From NCBI GenBank assembly GCA_023268875.1, contig JALRKL010000009.1, positions 1-55,637 of the forward strand: 55,637 nt of DNA. The letters are read 5' to 3'. Of this stretch, positions 29,085 through 39,056 are shown one piece after another. Origin of the DNA: Bacteroidia bacterium. Its GTDB lineage: Bacteria > Bacteroidota > Bacteroidia > NS11-12g > UBA955. The position numbers and the translations under genes are program-made. How positions within the stretch are numbered: position 1 is the first letter of the stretch; every line of letters begins with the position of its first letter. The notes under the pieces are model-generated. The model had not been told where the DNA came from, ran no database searches, and worked only from the letters and a program-made list of their open reading frames with translations.

Positions 29085-29668
29085 ATTGCTTGAGTTATTA
29101 CCTCCCAGATTTCATCACGACCCACTTGTGTCTCAGAGGAACTGATGATGAACGGAGGCAACTCCTCCCAATATTCAAGTAAGGCATTCTTGATGGCGTT
29201 GGTATTTTCTTCGAGTTCCTGTGGTTTGAGTTTGTCGCTTTTGGTGCCAATCAGCACTATGGGGATTTCATCATTTCCACAATCATTTATGAATTCAATA
29301 TCCATCGCTTGTGGTGGAATTCTGAGATCCACCAAGACAAATAAAGCATATAAGTTTTCTCTGTTTTTGAGGTAATATCTAATCATATTGCTAAACTTGC
29401 TCCTCATGGTTTTTGAAACCTTGGCGTATCCGTAGCCTGGAAGGTCGCATATTTGCATCCATCCGTCGATATTATAAAGGTTAAGTGTTTGGGTTTTCCC
29501 CGGCTTGGAACTAGTACGGGCCAATTCTTTTCTTTCCACTAAGCAATTGATTAGGGATGATTTCCCTACGTTACTTCTGCCGATAAAAGCAAATTCAGGT
29601 AAGCTTTTGTGGGGCATTTCTATTGATTTTTCCCAACTTCCTAAATATTTTGGATCTTTGATTTGCAT
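29066..29668 (-). CDS. engB: Ribosome biogenesis GTP-binding protein YsxC/EngB
   Basis: 200 aa with G1 GRSNVGKSSLIN, G3 DLPGYG and G4 TKSDK. Confidence 0.9.
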   Translation of the reverse strand: MQIKDPKYLGSWEKSIEMPHKSLPEFAFIGRSNVGKSSLINCLVERKELARTSSKPGKTQTLNLYNIDGWMQICDLPGYGYAKVSKTMRSKFSNMIRYYLKNRENLYALFVLVDLRIPPQAMDIEFINDCGNDEIPIVLIGTKSDKLKPQELEENTNAIKNALLEYWEELPPFIISSSETQVGRDEIWEVITQAIQPNQQ

Positions 29669-29705
29669 GGTGAGTTGTGCTATAGGTGTGCCGAAACTTA
29701 TGGTG

Positions 29706-29713
29706 TATATTTG
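29706..29713 (+). promoter_or_regulatory. -7 promoter box (TATATTTG) for ubiE
   Basis: Matches TAnnTTTG, 9 nt before the proposed TTG start at 29723. The track ATG at 29663 lies upstream of this box. Confidence 0.5.
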
Positions 29714-29722
29714 CGGTTCATT

Positions 29723-30451
29723 TTGAGCACTACAGTTAAACCCAATCCGCGTTCCGACGCTTCAAAGAAACAACAAGTCGAGGAAATGTTCGATAATATT
29801 TCCGGACGGTATGATTTTTTGAATCGCGTTTTATCTCTTGGTATCGATATTCAGTGGAGAAAAAAAGTACGTAAAATCGTCGCTAAGTCTGGCGCTAAAA
29901 AAATCCTAGACGTTGCAACGGGTACGGCAGATTTGGCGATTGAATTGACCCAAATTGCCGATTCACACATTACTGGTATAGATATTTCGAAAGGGATGTT
30001 ATCAAAAGGGGATGTGAAACTGGAGAAATTAGGACTTACAGATAGAATAAAATTGCAGCAGGCCGATTCTGAAAGCTTGCCATTTGATGACGCTGCTTTT
30101 GAAGCGATAACCGTGAGTTTTGGGGTTCGGAATTTCGAAAATTTAGAAGCGGGCATGAAAGAAATGGCACGCGTGCTCAAGCCAGGAGGAAGCCTAGTAG
30201 TTCTGGAGTTTTCAAAGCCGAGAAATCCTGTGTTTAGTGCTATATATTGGTTCTATTTCAAATATATTTTACCACCATTGGGGAGGTTAATTAGTAAAGA
30301 CGCAACTGCCTATACTTATTTACCCGAAAGCGTGGCTGTGTTTCCAGAAGGCGACGATTTTGTGAATGTGGCAAAATCTTGTGGCTATTCAAACGTTACT
30401 TACAAAGGCCTTACCTTTGGGATTGCAACTTTATATCATTGCGTAAAATAA
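29723..30451 (+). CDS. ubiE: Demethylmenaquinone / ubiquinone-menaquinone C-methyltransferase
   Basis: KKQQVEEMFDNISGRYDFLN...ILDVATGTADLA...VLKPGGSLVVLEFS. TTG 29723 is proposed as the start because it gives the family-typical N-terminus. ATG at 29786 is an alternative. Confidence 0.85.
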   Translation: MSTTVKPNPRSDASKKQQVEEMFDNISGRYDFLNRVLSLGIDIQWRKKVRKIVAKSGAKKILDVATGTADLAIELTQIADSHITGIDISKGMLSKGDVKLEKLGLTDRIKLQQADSESLPFDDAAFEAITVSFGVRNFENLEAGMKEMARVLKPGGSLVVLEFSKPRNPVFSAIYWFYFKYILPPLGRLISKDATAYTYLPESVAVFPEGDDFVNVAKSCGYSNVTYKGLTFGIATLYHCVK

Positions 30452-31131
30452 TATCCATAGCGCTCCTTTTTTGCTGGTTTCAAACAGCCTCAGCGGTTCC
30501 GAAAGATCCCAATAGAATCTTGAGAAAAAGATTTTTCTGGGGCATCGCTTTCAGTGGAACTCAAGCTATGATGAAAATGCAGCTTCATCCTGCATTTTGG
30601 ATGCGAACCGATTCATTAAAATCGATTAATCCGCAGTCGCAAATTGGGGGTGGTTTCGGAGGAACGGTAGCCATGCGTATGCGCAAAAATTGGGAGTGGA
30701 AATTAGCAACAATGTTACAATTGCATAACCGTAATATTGAGTATAATTGGGTTTCCAAGCCCGTTGAAACTATTACGATTGAAACCATCTCTTTGGATAT
30801 TCCTTTGACATTAAAATACCGATCTGATATGCCTAATAACACAGGCTTTTTTGTTCTAGGTGGGGTGCGTTGGTCGCATGATTTTCAGAGCAATGAAGGA
30901 TTGGTTATAGGTGATACCAAGCCGATAGTTGCGCTCAAGGCAGATACTTATTATTATGAATTTGGCGCCGGTGTGGAGTTTAGATTGGATTATGTTGACC
31001 TATCTATAGAGTTGAAAATGTCCAATGGCTTTTCAAATGGTTTAGTAAGAGTTCCCAATAGTTATTACTCAGGATCCATGAGTGCTCTTTTCCCCCGTTT
31101 ATTTTCCATCACTTTGATGGCTCAAAACTAA
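30439..31131 (+). CDS. Putative outer-membrane beta-barrel (porin-family) protein
   Basis: With a TTG start at 30439 the N-terminus is a clean signal peptide (RKIISIALLFCWFQTASA). The body has alternating aromatic/Gly strands and a C-terminal ...LFSITLMAQN. The start is uncertain. Confidence 0.55.
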   Translation: MRKIISIALLFCWFQTASAVPKDPNRILRKRFFWGIAFSGTQAMMKMQLHPAFWMRTDSLKSINPQSQIGGGFGGTVAMRMRKNWEWKLATMLQLHNRNIEYNWVSKPVETITIETISLDIPLTLKYRSDMPNNTGFFVLGGVRWSHDFQSNEGLVIGDTKPIVALKADTYYYEFGAGVEFRLDYVDLSIELKMSNGFSNGLVRVPNSYYSGSMSALFPRLFSITLMAQN

Positions 31132-31134
31132 AGC

Positions 31135-32259
31135 ATGCCCTTTCAATTTCAATTAGAGAAGACCGACGACAAATCTCACGCTCGTGCAGGAATCATAAAA
31201 ACCGACCACGGGGAAATACACACCCCAATTTTCATGCCTGTTGGCACTGCTGCAAGCGTTAAAGCAGTTCCTCGGAAGGAATTAGAGGAAACAATAAACG
31301 CCGAAATTATTTTAGGGAATACCTATCATTTGTATTTACGACCCGGTTTGGAAATAATCAAAGAGGCGGGAGGTATACATGGTTTTTCTAAATGGAATAG
31401 ACCTTTATTAACCGATAGTGGGGGGTATCAGGTGTATTCTTTATCTAAAACCCGTAATATTCACGAGGAAGGGGCCATGTTCAAAAGCCATATCGATGGC
31501 TCCAAACACCAATTTACGCCTGAAAACGTCATCGATACGCAACGAATTTTAGGGGCAGACATCATCATGGCTTTCGACGAATGCACTCCTTATCCATGTG
31601 AGCGTGATTATGCCGAAAAAAGCATGCACATGACGCATCGTTGGCTCGATCGTTGTATGAAGCGGTACCACGAAACCGAATCCCTTTACGGACATCATCA
31701 AGAATTATTTCCTATTGTTCAGGGAAGTGTATATCCAGATTTAAGAGTTAAAAGTGCCGAGTATATTTGTCAGCATGAAGCAGGAGGGTATGCAATTGGG
31801 GGATTAAGTGTTGGGGAACCACATGAAGATATGTACGCCATGACCGAAAAAGTCACGGCCATTCTTCCAAAATCCAAACCAAGATATCTGATGGGAGTGG
31901 GAACACCCGAGAATATTTTGGAGAGTATTGAACGGGGAATTGATATGTTCGATTGTGTTATGCCCACGCGCAATGCCCGAAATGGAATGGTCTTCACCAC
32001 CGAGGGAATCATCAATATTCGAAATAAAAAGTGGGAAAATGAATTTAGTCCACTGGATCCAATTTTAACCTCTGATTATTCACTGGCATACATGAGACAT
32101 CTTTTTCATGCTAATGAAATGTTGGGACCTATCATCGCAAGTATTCAAAACCTGCAGTTGTATCTTTGGTTGGTGCGACAAGCGAGAGAGCATATATTAG
32201 CAGGGGATTTTAGTACTTGGAAGCCCATGATGGTAAAAAAGCTTTCGCAACGATTGTAA
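31135..32259 (+). CDS. tgt: Queuine tRNA-ribosyltransferase
   Basis: 374 aa with FMPVGT, LTDSGGYQV, AFDEC, GLSVGE and the zinc site CxC..C...H region. Confidence 0.95.
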   Translation: MPFQFQLEKTDDKSHARAGIIKTDHGEIHTPIFMPVGTAASVKAVPRKELEETINAEIILGNTYHLYLRPGLEIIKEAGGIHGFSKWNRPLLTDSGGYQVYSLSKTRNIHEEGAMFKSHIDGSKHQFTPENVIDTQRILGADIIMAFDECTPYPCERDYAEKSMHMTHRWLDRCMKRYHETESLYGHHQELFPIVQGSVYPDLRVKSAEYICQHEAGGYAIGGLSVGEPHEDMYAMTEKVTAILPKSKPRYLMGVGTPENILESIERGIDMFDCVMPTRNARNGMVFTTEGIINIRNKKWENEFSPLDPILTSDYSLAYMRHLFHANEMLGPIIASIQNLQLYLWLVRQAREHILAGDFSTWKPMMVKKLSQRL

Positions 32260-33351
32260 ATGAAAAGAGCTTTAAACATATTAGATAAATACATCGCGTT
32301 AAAATTCATTAAAACGTTCTTTGTTACTATCTCATTGTTTATCGTAATTATTATTGTTTTTGATGTAGCGGAGAAACTAGACGATTTTCTTAAAAGAGAT
32401 GCCCCCATAGGTGAAATTATTGGGGTTTATTACGTGAGTTTCATTCCTACATTAATTAATACGTTCAGCCCCATATTTATATTTATCTCAGTTCTGTATA
32501 TGACCTCGCGATTGGCGGGTAGAACGGAGATAATCTCAATTTTGGCAGGTGGTGTGTCATTATTGCGTATCCTTAGGCCGTATATGTTTGTAGCTGTTTT
32601 TTTTGCTTGGGGAAGTTATCTTTTGAATGCTTGGGTGATACCAGTAACCGATAAAGACCGGGTGAAATTCGAATACAAGTACCTTAGAAATTATTGGGAT
32701 GAAACGCGAAACTCTATCTATCGCCAGATTAAACCCGGTGTAATTATGTATATGGACTATTTCGCCAATCACGATAGCACGGGGATGGGGATTACCCTCG
32801 AAACTTATGAGGGCATAGAAATGAAAAGTTCCTTATTTGCTCGTTTTATACGTTGGGATAGGCGCAAAAAAACATGGCATCTCGACCAGGTAACGCAGCG
32901 CGAATTCTTACCTAACGGAAATCAGATTGTAAAAACATTGCCCAGTTTAGATACCCTAATTCCATTTAATCCTTCCAATTTTTTCTTTCGTTTGGAAGAC
33001 ATTCAAAGTTTAAATCAACGCGAATTGGTGGCTTTCACCAAACAAGAACGGCAACGGGGTTCGCCTAATGTACCAGGCTTGGAAACAGAACGATTTAGAA
33101 GGTATGCGTCGCCTTTTAGTACCTTTATTCTAATTGCCATAGGGGTTTCGGTTGCAGGAAGAAAAACCAGAGGGGGAGTAGGTGTTTCACTGGCAGTTGG
33201 AATCTTTGTTATTTTATTTTTCCTTTTCTTTAGTCAATATTTTAACTCCTTAGGGGTAAAAAATGTAATGCCCCCAATGATAGCCGTGTGGATGCCAAAC
33301 TTGGTTTTTATACCCGTTGCATGGGTTTTCTATCGGCTTGCACAAAAGTAA
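32260..33351 (+). CDS. LptF/LptG-family (YjgP/YjgQ) permease
   Basis: 363 aa, starting MKRALNILDKYIALKFIKTFF... with a 6-TM topology and a central periplasmic domain. It starts immediately after the tgt stop (TAAATG). Confidence 0.85.
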   Translation: MKRALNILDKYIALKFIKTFFVTISLFIVIIIVFDVAEKLDDFLKRDAPIGEIIGVYYVSFIPTLINTFSPIFIFISVLYMTSRLAGRTEIISILAGGVSLLRILRPYMFVAVFFAWGSYLLNAWVIPVTDKDRVKFEYKYLRNYWDETRNSIYRQIKPGVIMYMDYFANHDSTGMGITLETYEGIEMKSSLFARFIRWDRRKKTWHLDQVTQREFLPNGNQIVKTLPSLDTLIPFNPSNFFFRLEDIQSLNQRELVAFTKQERQRGSPNVPGLETERFRRYASPFSTFILIAIGVSVAGRKTRGGVGVSLAVGIFVILFFLFFSQYFNSLGVKNVMPPMIAVWMPNLVFIPVAWVFYRLAQK

Positions 33352-33424
33352 ACCCGATTTTCACCAACGAACCGTGATGCCCAATTTGAAGGAGGCAACT
33401 TTAAATATTTAGATTCATCTGGTA

Positions 33425-34591
33425 TTAATATACTCGAAGCACCAGTCCTTTTAGATAATGTCCTTCGGGATGGAAAATATTCACGGGATGATCCGGTCCT
33501 TGTGATAATCGGTGAAGAATGCGCGCATTACGACCGCTTTCAATGGCCGCCGCGCGAACAGTGTGCTCGAATAGCTCGGTATCTATTACTTGCGAACAAC
33601 TGAATGTAAACAGCAAACCACCGGGTTTCACTCGTTCTAAACCCAATTGGTTGAGTCGTTTGTATCCCATGGTAGCCGCATGTTTCTTTTTCAAGCTTTT
33701 AGCAAATGCCGGAGGATCTAACACCACGATATCGAAAAAATCTTCTGAGTTGGTGAGAAATTTTAAAACGTCGGCGCAAATACCTTCGTGTCGATCCTGA
33801 TTCTGGTTTAAAGCAATATTGTCATTGGCTAAATCTATGGCATGCTGTGAAATATCCACAGAAATTACTTTTTCTGCCTGTCCGTCTAATGCGGCCACAG
33901 AAAATCCACCGGAATATGAAAATGTATTTAGAACCGTTTTGTGGGCGGCATAAGACTTTAATAAAGACCTATTCTCCCGTTGATCCAAGAAAAATCCTGT
34001 TTTCTGGCCTTCTTCCCAGTTTATCCGAAATTTCATTCCGTATTCGGTAGCGATGGTTGTGCCCGGGCTTCCCAAGAGATAAACATCTTCAATTTCGTTA
34101 TCGTGCATCGAGGCTTTACTTTTCGAATAAATTCTTTCAAGAGAATCGCCCATAACAATTTTTAGGGCTTCCGATATAGACTCAAGTTGTTCGAAAATGC
34201 CGTCTGTATGGGCTTGGACAACAGCGGTTTTCTCGTATATATCGATTATCAATCCGGGAATTTCGTCACCCTCTCCATGAATCAGCCGATATGCATTGGT
34301 TGGGGTATTCAAGCCCAATCCAAGCGATAAACGCAAATTCCAACTGTTGCGAATTCTTTGAACCCAAAATTCGGTGTTGATTTCTATGCGTTCAAAACTT
34401 AAAATTCGCAAGGCAATGCTGCCGGTTCCACTGTATGCGATTCCGCAAAAATTACCTTGATAATCGGTGATTTCTATTAAGTCTCCCGAGTTGCAAGCGT
34501 CCATACTGTGAATCGCACCTGAAAATATCCATGGATGTTTACGGGTGATGGCTTCTTCTTTTCCTTTTTTGAGAATCGCTTTTTTGAGCAT
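33425..34591 (-). CDS. rlmI: Class I SAM-dependent 23S rRNA (cytosine-C5) methyltransferase, RlmI-like (PUA + MTase)
   Basis: KHPWIFSGAI (PUA) plus ...VLNTFSYSGGFSVAA...VVLDPPAFAKS. The start is set at the first ATG (MLKKAILKKGKEE). Confidence 0.85.
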   Translation of the reverse strand: MLKKAILKKGKEEAITRKHPWIFSGAIHSMDACNSGDLIEITDYQGNFCGIAYSGTGSIALRILSFERIEINTEFWVQRIRNSWNLRLSLGLGLNTPTNAYRLIHGEGDEIPGLIIDIYEKTAVVQAHTDGIFEQLESISEALKIVMGDSLERIYSKSKASMHDNEIEDVYLLGSPGTTIATEYGMKFRINWEEGQKTGFFLDQRENRSLLKSYAAHKTVLNTFSYSGGFSVAALDGQAEKVISVDISQHAIDLANDNIALNQNQDRHEGICADVLKFLTNSEDFFDIVVLDPPAFAKSLKKKHAATMGYKRLNQLGLERVKPGGLLFTFSCSQVIDTELFEHTVRAAAIESGRNARILHRLSQGPDHPVNIFHPEGHYLKGLVLRVY

Positions 34592-34630
34592 TTGCCACAA
34601 ATGTCATAGATTTATCTGAAATTTGAATCA

Positions 34631-35731
34631 ATGAGCGTACAAATTAAAGAGGTGATTTCGGCATTTGAGGAGGTAGCCCCTCCTAATTGGCAGGAATCGT
34701 ATGACAATAGCGGATTATTGGTTGGCAAGGCATCGGATATTGTGAACAAGGCATTATTGTGTCTCGATTGTACGCCTGAAGTAGTGGAGGAGGCCAAAAC
34801 CAAAGGTTGTGATTTGATAATCGCACATCACCCCATTATATTCAGCGGACTAAAGCGACTCAATGGGAATAATTACGTTGAGCAAACGGTAATATTGGCG
34901 ATTCGGTATGGTATTGCTATTTATGCCATACATACGAATCTTGACAATGTATTACACGATGGAGTTAATGCAAAAATTGCCGAGAAATTAGGGTTGTTGG
35001 ATACGCGAATTTTGGCACCTCAACAGGGACGGTTAAATAGAATTTCGGTATACGTACCTAAAGATAACTTTCAGGAGGTTCAAGCGGCTATGTTTCAAGC
35101 TGGGGCTGGTAAGATTGGTAATTATGATGAATGTGGTTTTAGTGTAAAAGGAGAAGGGTCATTTCGCCCCATTACAGGTGCTAAACCGCACACCGGTGAA
35201 ATGGGTGTTCGATACAGTAGCGAGGAAATCAAGTTCGAGGTAGTTGCCACCGATGCGAACAAATATCGGATATTACAGGCGATGAATGAGGCACACCCTT
35301 ACGAGGAAGTAGCCTATGAAATGGTGCGTTTAGAAAATACGTATCAGGAATTAGGTGCTGGATTGGTGGGGGTTCTGCCGGAATCGATGGCCGTGGAGGA
35401 TTTTTTGCAATATTTGAAAAACAAAATGGAACTGAGTTTTGTGAAATTTACAAAAACCCAGAATAAATCCATCAAAACAGTTGCAATATGTGGGGGTGCG
35501 GGTTCTTTTTTAATAAAAAAGGCGCTGGGTAATGCTGATGCCTTCGTTACCTCAGATATCAAGTATCACGAATTTTTTGATGCCGAAGGCGAACTATTGC
35601 TTTGCGATATCGGACACTATGAGTCTGAAAAATACACTATTGAGATCTTCGAGCGGATTTTATCGAAAAAAATCCCTAATTTTGCAACCATTTTTGCACA
35701 AACCAATACCAACCCAGTACAATACAAATAA
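34631..35731 (+). CDS. Nif3-like dinuclear metal centre protein (GTP cyclohydrolase 1 type 2 homologue) with an inserted PII-like domain
   Basis: 366 aa with DLIIAHHPIIF and IYAIHTNLD at the N-terminus and GHYESE near the C-terminus. Confidence 0.9.
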   Translation: MSVQIKEVISAFEEVAPPNWQESYDNSGLLVGKASDIVNKALLCLDCTPEVVEEAKTKGCDLIIAHHPIIFSGLKRLNGNNYVEQTVILAIRYGIAIYAIHTNLDNVLHDGVNAKIAEKLGLLDTRILAPQQGRLNRISVYVPKDNFQEVQAAMFQAGAGKIGNYDECGFSVKGEGSFRPITGAKPHTGEMGVRYSSEEIKFEVVATDANKYRILQAMNEAHPYEEVAYEMVRLENTYQELGAGLVGVLPESMAVEDFLQYLKNKMELSFVKFTKTQNKSIKTVAICGGAGSFLIKKALGNADAFVTSDIKYHEFFDAEGELLLCDIGHYESEKYTIEIFERILSKKIPNFATIFAQTNTNPVQYK

Positions 35732-35736
35732 GCCAT

Positions 35737-36534
35737 ATGGACGTAACCGTTGAAAAAAAATTACAAGACCTTTGGAAATTGCAGCAAATCGATAACAAGT
35801 TAGACGAATTGCGCGCTGTTTTAGGTGAATTACCCATGGAGGTATCCGATTTAGAAGACGATATCGCCGGTCTTGAAACCCGCTTGCAGCATATCCAAGG
35901 CGAGATTGCCGAGTATAATGCACAAATTGCGGCAAAGAAAAATGCGATCAAAGATTTCCAATCTGCTATTTCGAAATACGATGAGCAGATGAACAATATC
36001 AAGAATAGTCGTGAGTACGAGGCTATCGATAAAGAAAAAGAAATCGCGGGATTAGAAATCCTTTCTGCAGAGAAAAAAATCAAAGATTTTCAACGTCAAA
36101 TCGAAATGAAGAACGAGGTTCTTGAATCTACACAACGTGCCTTAGATTCTCGTCGTGCTGATATCGATTTCAAGCGTAAGGAATTAGCGGAGATTGAAAA
36201 AGAGAACGAAGAAGAAATCAACAAATTAAACAAAGACCGCGAAAACGCTGCTAAAAAATTAGACGAGCGATATAACCGCGCGTATCACCGTATTCGTGAA
36301 AATATGAAAAACGGTGTTGCCGTAGCAGCTATTGTTCGTGGCTCTTGTGGAGGTTGTTTCTCCAAGGTTCCTCCTCAACGTCATAGCGATATTCGCGCCC
36401 ACTTGAAAATTACGGATTGTGAACATTGCGGTCGTATCCTAGTAGACCAAGAAATTAGTGGTATCGCAGCATTTGATGCCGAGAAAGAAGCAAAGCCAAC
36501 GCGTCGTAAGATGCGCTTGACAGCGACTAAATAA
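35737..36534 (+). CDS. COG1579-type coiled-coil protein with a C-terminal C4 zinc ribbon
   Basis: 265 aa with long heptad-like coiled coils, then CGGC...x20...CEHCGRIL. This is the classical partner downstream of nif3. Confidence 0.8.
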   Translation: MDVTVEKKLQDLWKLQQIDNKLDELRAVLGELPMEVSDLEDDIAGLETRLQHIQGEIAEYNAQIAAKKNAIKDFQSAISKYDEQMNNIKNSREYEAIDKEKEIAGLEILSAEKKIKDFQRQIEMKNEVLESTQRALDSRRADIDFKRKELAEIEKENEEEINKLNKDRENAAKKLDERYNRAYHRIRENMKNGVAVAAIVRGSCGGCFSKVPPQRHSDIRAHLKITDCEHCGRILVDQEISGIAAFDAEKEAKPTRRKMRLTATK

Positions 36535-36616
36535 CTTCGGTTAAGTGTAATTGTCAATTTCTGATTGTCAATTATTTTATTTAGCTGTATTATAAGCTAA
36601 ATATATAAACTACGAT

Positions 36617-36655
36617 AAACCTGCAAAACTTAGGTATTGCAGGTTTGTTTATTTT
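36617..36655 (+). terminator. Rho-independent terminator
   Basis: 10-bp stem AAACCTGCAA / TTGCAGGTTT with a 10-nt loop, followed by GTTTATTTT. Confidence 0.7.
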
Positions 36656-36704
36656 AAGTCGTTTAGGTATTTATACCGATTCTTAGCACTCCAAATTGCC
36701 CTTT

Positions 36705-36716
36705 TTGGATATCCAA
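36705..36716. other. Perfect 12-bp palindrome TTGGATATCCAA in a gene-free region
   Basis: Read directly. It lies in the 460-bp convergent intergenic region between the COG1579 gene and panB. Confidence 0.6.
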
Positions 36717-36995
36717 GAGGTATAATGGTTGAACGGTATTAACAAAGTTAACGCGCGCAGACACTTGTATCAGAAAAATGCTTTTGCGTCCTATCAAATT
36801 ATTAATATTGATAAATGAACCCAGCTCCCCACATGGACTACTACTATAATAGGCACGAGGGTAGGGATTTTATCTTTTTTAATGGGTGATTTCGATAAAA
36901 AACAAACTTGATTTATGTTTGGTATGAACTTCTGTTTTATCCAGAAGTCTTGTTAGGCAAGGATGAATTAAAAATGAATGAGCAACAATTAACAA

Positions 36996-37811
36996 TTAAT
37001 ATTGCTCCTTCTCATTCGGGAAATCCGTACTCTTCACATCTTCAATATATTGCTCAACCGCCCCTTTAATTTCACCATAAAGATCTAAATACCTGCGCAG
37101 GAATCTTGGATTAAACTGCTTGTTTATACCGAGCATGTCGTGTAATACCAATACTTGTCCATCGACGCCGTTTCCCGCACCAATACCGATAACCGGAATA
37201 TGTAAATTTTGGGCAACACGCTTCGCTAATTCAGCAGGTATTTTTTCAAGCACCAAGGCAAAGCAGCCTGCTTCTTGAAGTAGTTGACTGTCTTTGATGA
37301 GTTTTTCAGCTTCTTCCTCTTCCTTGGCACGAACCGTATACGTTCCAAATTTATAAATACTTTGAGGGGTGAGTCCCAAATGTCCCATCACGGGAACGCC
37401 CGCCGTAAGTATTCGTTGTATACTTTCAATAATTTCAGCACCGCCTTCCATCTTGATTGCATGGGCGCCACTTTCTTTCATAATACGAATGGTCGAGTTT
37501 AACGCTTCCTTACTATTTCCTTGATAACTTCCAAAAGGCAAATCCACCACAACCAATGCGCGGTCAATCGCCCGAACCACGCTGCTGGCATGGTATATCA
37601 TTTGATCCAAGGTAATAGGAAGGGTGGTTTCGTGTCCAGCCATCACATTCGACGCACTGTCGCCTACCAAAATAACGTCGATTCCAGCGTCATCGATAAT
37701 TTTAGCTGTGGAATAATCGTAAGCCGTTAGCATGGAAATTTTCTCTCCACGGAGCTTCATTTCACTTAATACGTGCGTAGTTACTTTTTTTATTTCGCGA
37801 TATACACTCAT
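36996..37811 (-). CDS. panB: 3-methyl-2-oxobutanoate hydroxymethyltransferase
   Basis: [33 protein letters not shown]...VGDS...KMEGG...GHLGLTPQ. The start is set at the internal ATG because the track start is a TTG 54 nt upstream. Confidence 0.92.
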   Translation of the reverse strand: MSVYREIKKVTTHVLSEMKLRGEKISMLTAYDYSTAKIIDDAGIDVILVGDSASNVMAGHETTLPITLDQMIYHASSVVRAIDRALVVVDLPFGSYQGNSKEALNSTIRIMKESGAHAIKMEGGAEIIESIQRILTAGVPVMGHLGLTPQSIYKFGTYTVRAKEEEEAEKLIKDSQLLQEAGCFALVLEKIPAELAKRVAQNLHIPVIGIGAGNGVDGQVLVLHDMLGINKQFNPRFLRRYLDLYGEIKGAVEQYIEDVKSTDFPNEKEQY

Positions 37812-37913
37812 GTTTGATACTGCAATATTTGACAATATTTTGGATATCGTCTGCATTTTTGTCAAAATATTGGCAGCATGTTCTACTTTTTATCCTTATT
37901 GGGCGGTTTTCAA

Positions 37914-37921
37914 TACCTTTG
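37914..37921 (+). promoter_or_regulatory. -7 promoter box (TACCTTTG)
   Basis: Matches TAnnTTTG, 7 nt before ATG 37929. Confidence 0.55.
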
Positions 37922-37928
37922 TATCTTT

Positions 37929-38921
37929 ATGAAGAAAAATCTTTTGATGGGCATATTGCTCGCCTCATGCTTGATAGTGGGTTGGAGTTCATGCGATAAT
38001 GAGGTAGATATAAATGCCGATTGGAAAGAGATTTTGGTGGTGTACGGATTATTGGATCCTTTAGATTCCGTTCAGTATATAAAAATTAATAAGGCATTTC
38101 TTAATGAAAATGAAAATGCCTTGAAAGTAGCGCAGAATCCAGACAGCCTATTTATAAAGGATGCCAAGGTTACTCTATTGCATATAAACAGCGGTACCCT
38201 TATTGAATTAGAGCGTGTTAATGAGGTATTAAAAGAACCCGGGATTTTTGCTGAGAATCCCAATTACTTGTATAAAACAACAGCTCCCATATTAGAGAAT
38301 GAACCATACAAGTTGAGGGTTGAGAGTAAGAACACGGGACAAATTGTGGAAGCCGTAACGTGGACTTTACGTAAAGCTAGAATTGAAGCGCCGTTTAAAA
38401 GTTCCAATCCTACTTTTTCCTTGGGTGCGAAGTTTATTGTTATCTCATATGTGCCCGGATGGAATTCGTATGCGTATGACATCAAAATGCGGGTTAAAAT
38501 TGATGAGTACAACCGCGATGATACAGGTTTTATTCAAACCAAAGATTTAACCTGGAACGTGATTACCAATTATGTGGTACAGCGCAATACTACAGCAGCA
38601 GTTTTACATCAAATTGAACGAGAGTCGTTCATGCAGTTTTTAGCGTCTTCCCTGGATACGTCGAAAAGTATAATTCGGCGCTTTAAGCATGTATCTGTAG
38701 AATATTATGGCGGAAGTCAAAATCTTATTGATTATATCTCGGTAAATGAACCAAGTATTGGAATTGTTCAGAAGACGGCAGAATATTCCAACATTGAAGG
38801 CGGTATGGGTCTTTTTGGTTCAAGATGCCGTCAGGAGATTGGTACGTCTAATTTTGAACCTGCTAGTGTGGGTATCTTACAGAATAATAAACTGACGGCT
38901 CCTCTCAACTTTATTCGATAA
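37929..38921 (+). CDS. Hypothetical lipoprotein (possibly DUF4249-like)
   Basis: MKKNLLMGILLASCLIVGWSSCDNE provides a signal peptide and lipobox. The rest looks beta-rich. The family assignment is tentative. Confidence 0.5.
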   Translation: MKKNLLMGILLASCLIVGWSSCDNEVDINADWKEILVVYGLLDPLDSVQYIKINKAFLNENENALKVAQNPDSLFIKDAKVTLLHINSGTLIELERVNEVLKEPGIFAENPNYLYKTTAPILENEPYKLRVESKNTGQIVEAVTWTLRKARIEAPFKSSNPTFSLGAKFIVISYVPGWNSYAYDIKMRVKIDEYNRDDTGFIQTKDLTWNVITNYVVQRNTTAAVLHQIERESFMQFLASSLDTSKSIIRRFKHVSVEYYGGSQNLIDYISVNEPSIGIVQKTAEYSNIEGGMGLFGSRCRQEIGTSNFEPASVGILQNNKLTAPLNFIR

Positions 38922-39018
38922 ATCTGGATTTTTTGTCGTGTTTGCCATCGGTTTTTTTCGAAAAACTGACAAATTGCGACATTTTGACATACGTTAAGCT
39001 CATTTTGCGTATTGGCAT

Positions 39019-39026
39019 TGCATTTG
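39019..39026 (+). promoter_or_regulatory. Candidate dnaK promoter: near-consensus -7 box TGCATTTG with an upstream TTTG
   Basis: One mismatch to TAnnTTTG, 30 nt upstream of the ATG. A TTTG at 39004-39007 lies 19 nt upstream, which is -33-like spacing. Confidence 0.35.
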
Positions 39027-39056
39027 TGAAGATAGGAGCAAAAAGCAACTATAATC

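Noticed and set aside
36683-36691. TTAGCACTC, identical to the left half of the CIRCE heat-shock operator.
   Set aside because: The required inverted partner GAGTGCTAA is absent 9 nt downstream. The site is 2.4 kb from dnaK in a convergent spacer, so this is a chance half-site.
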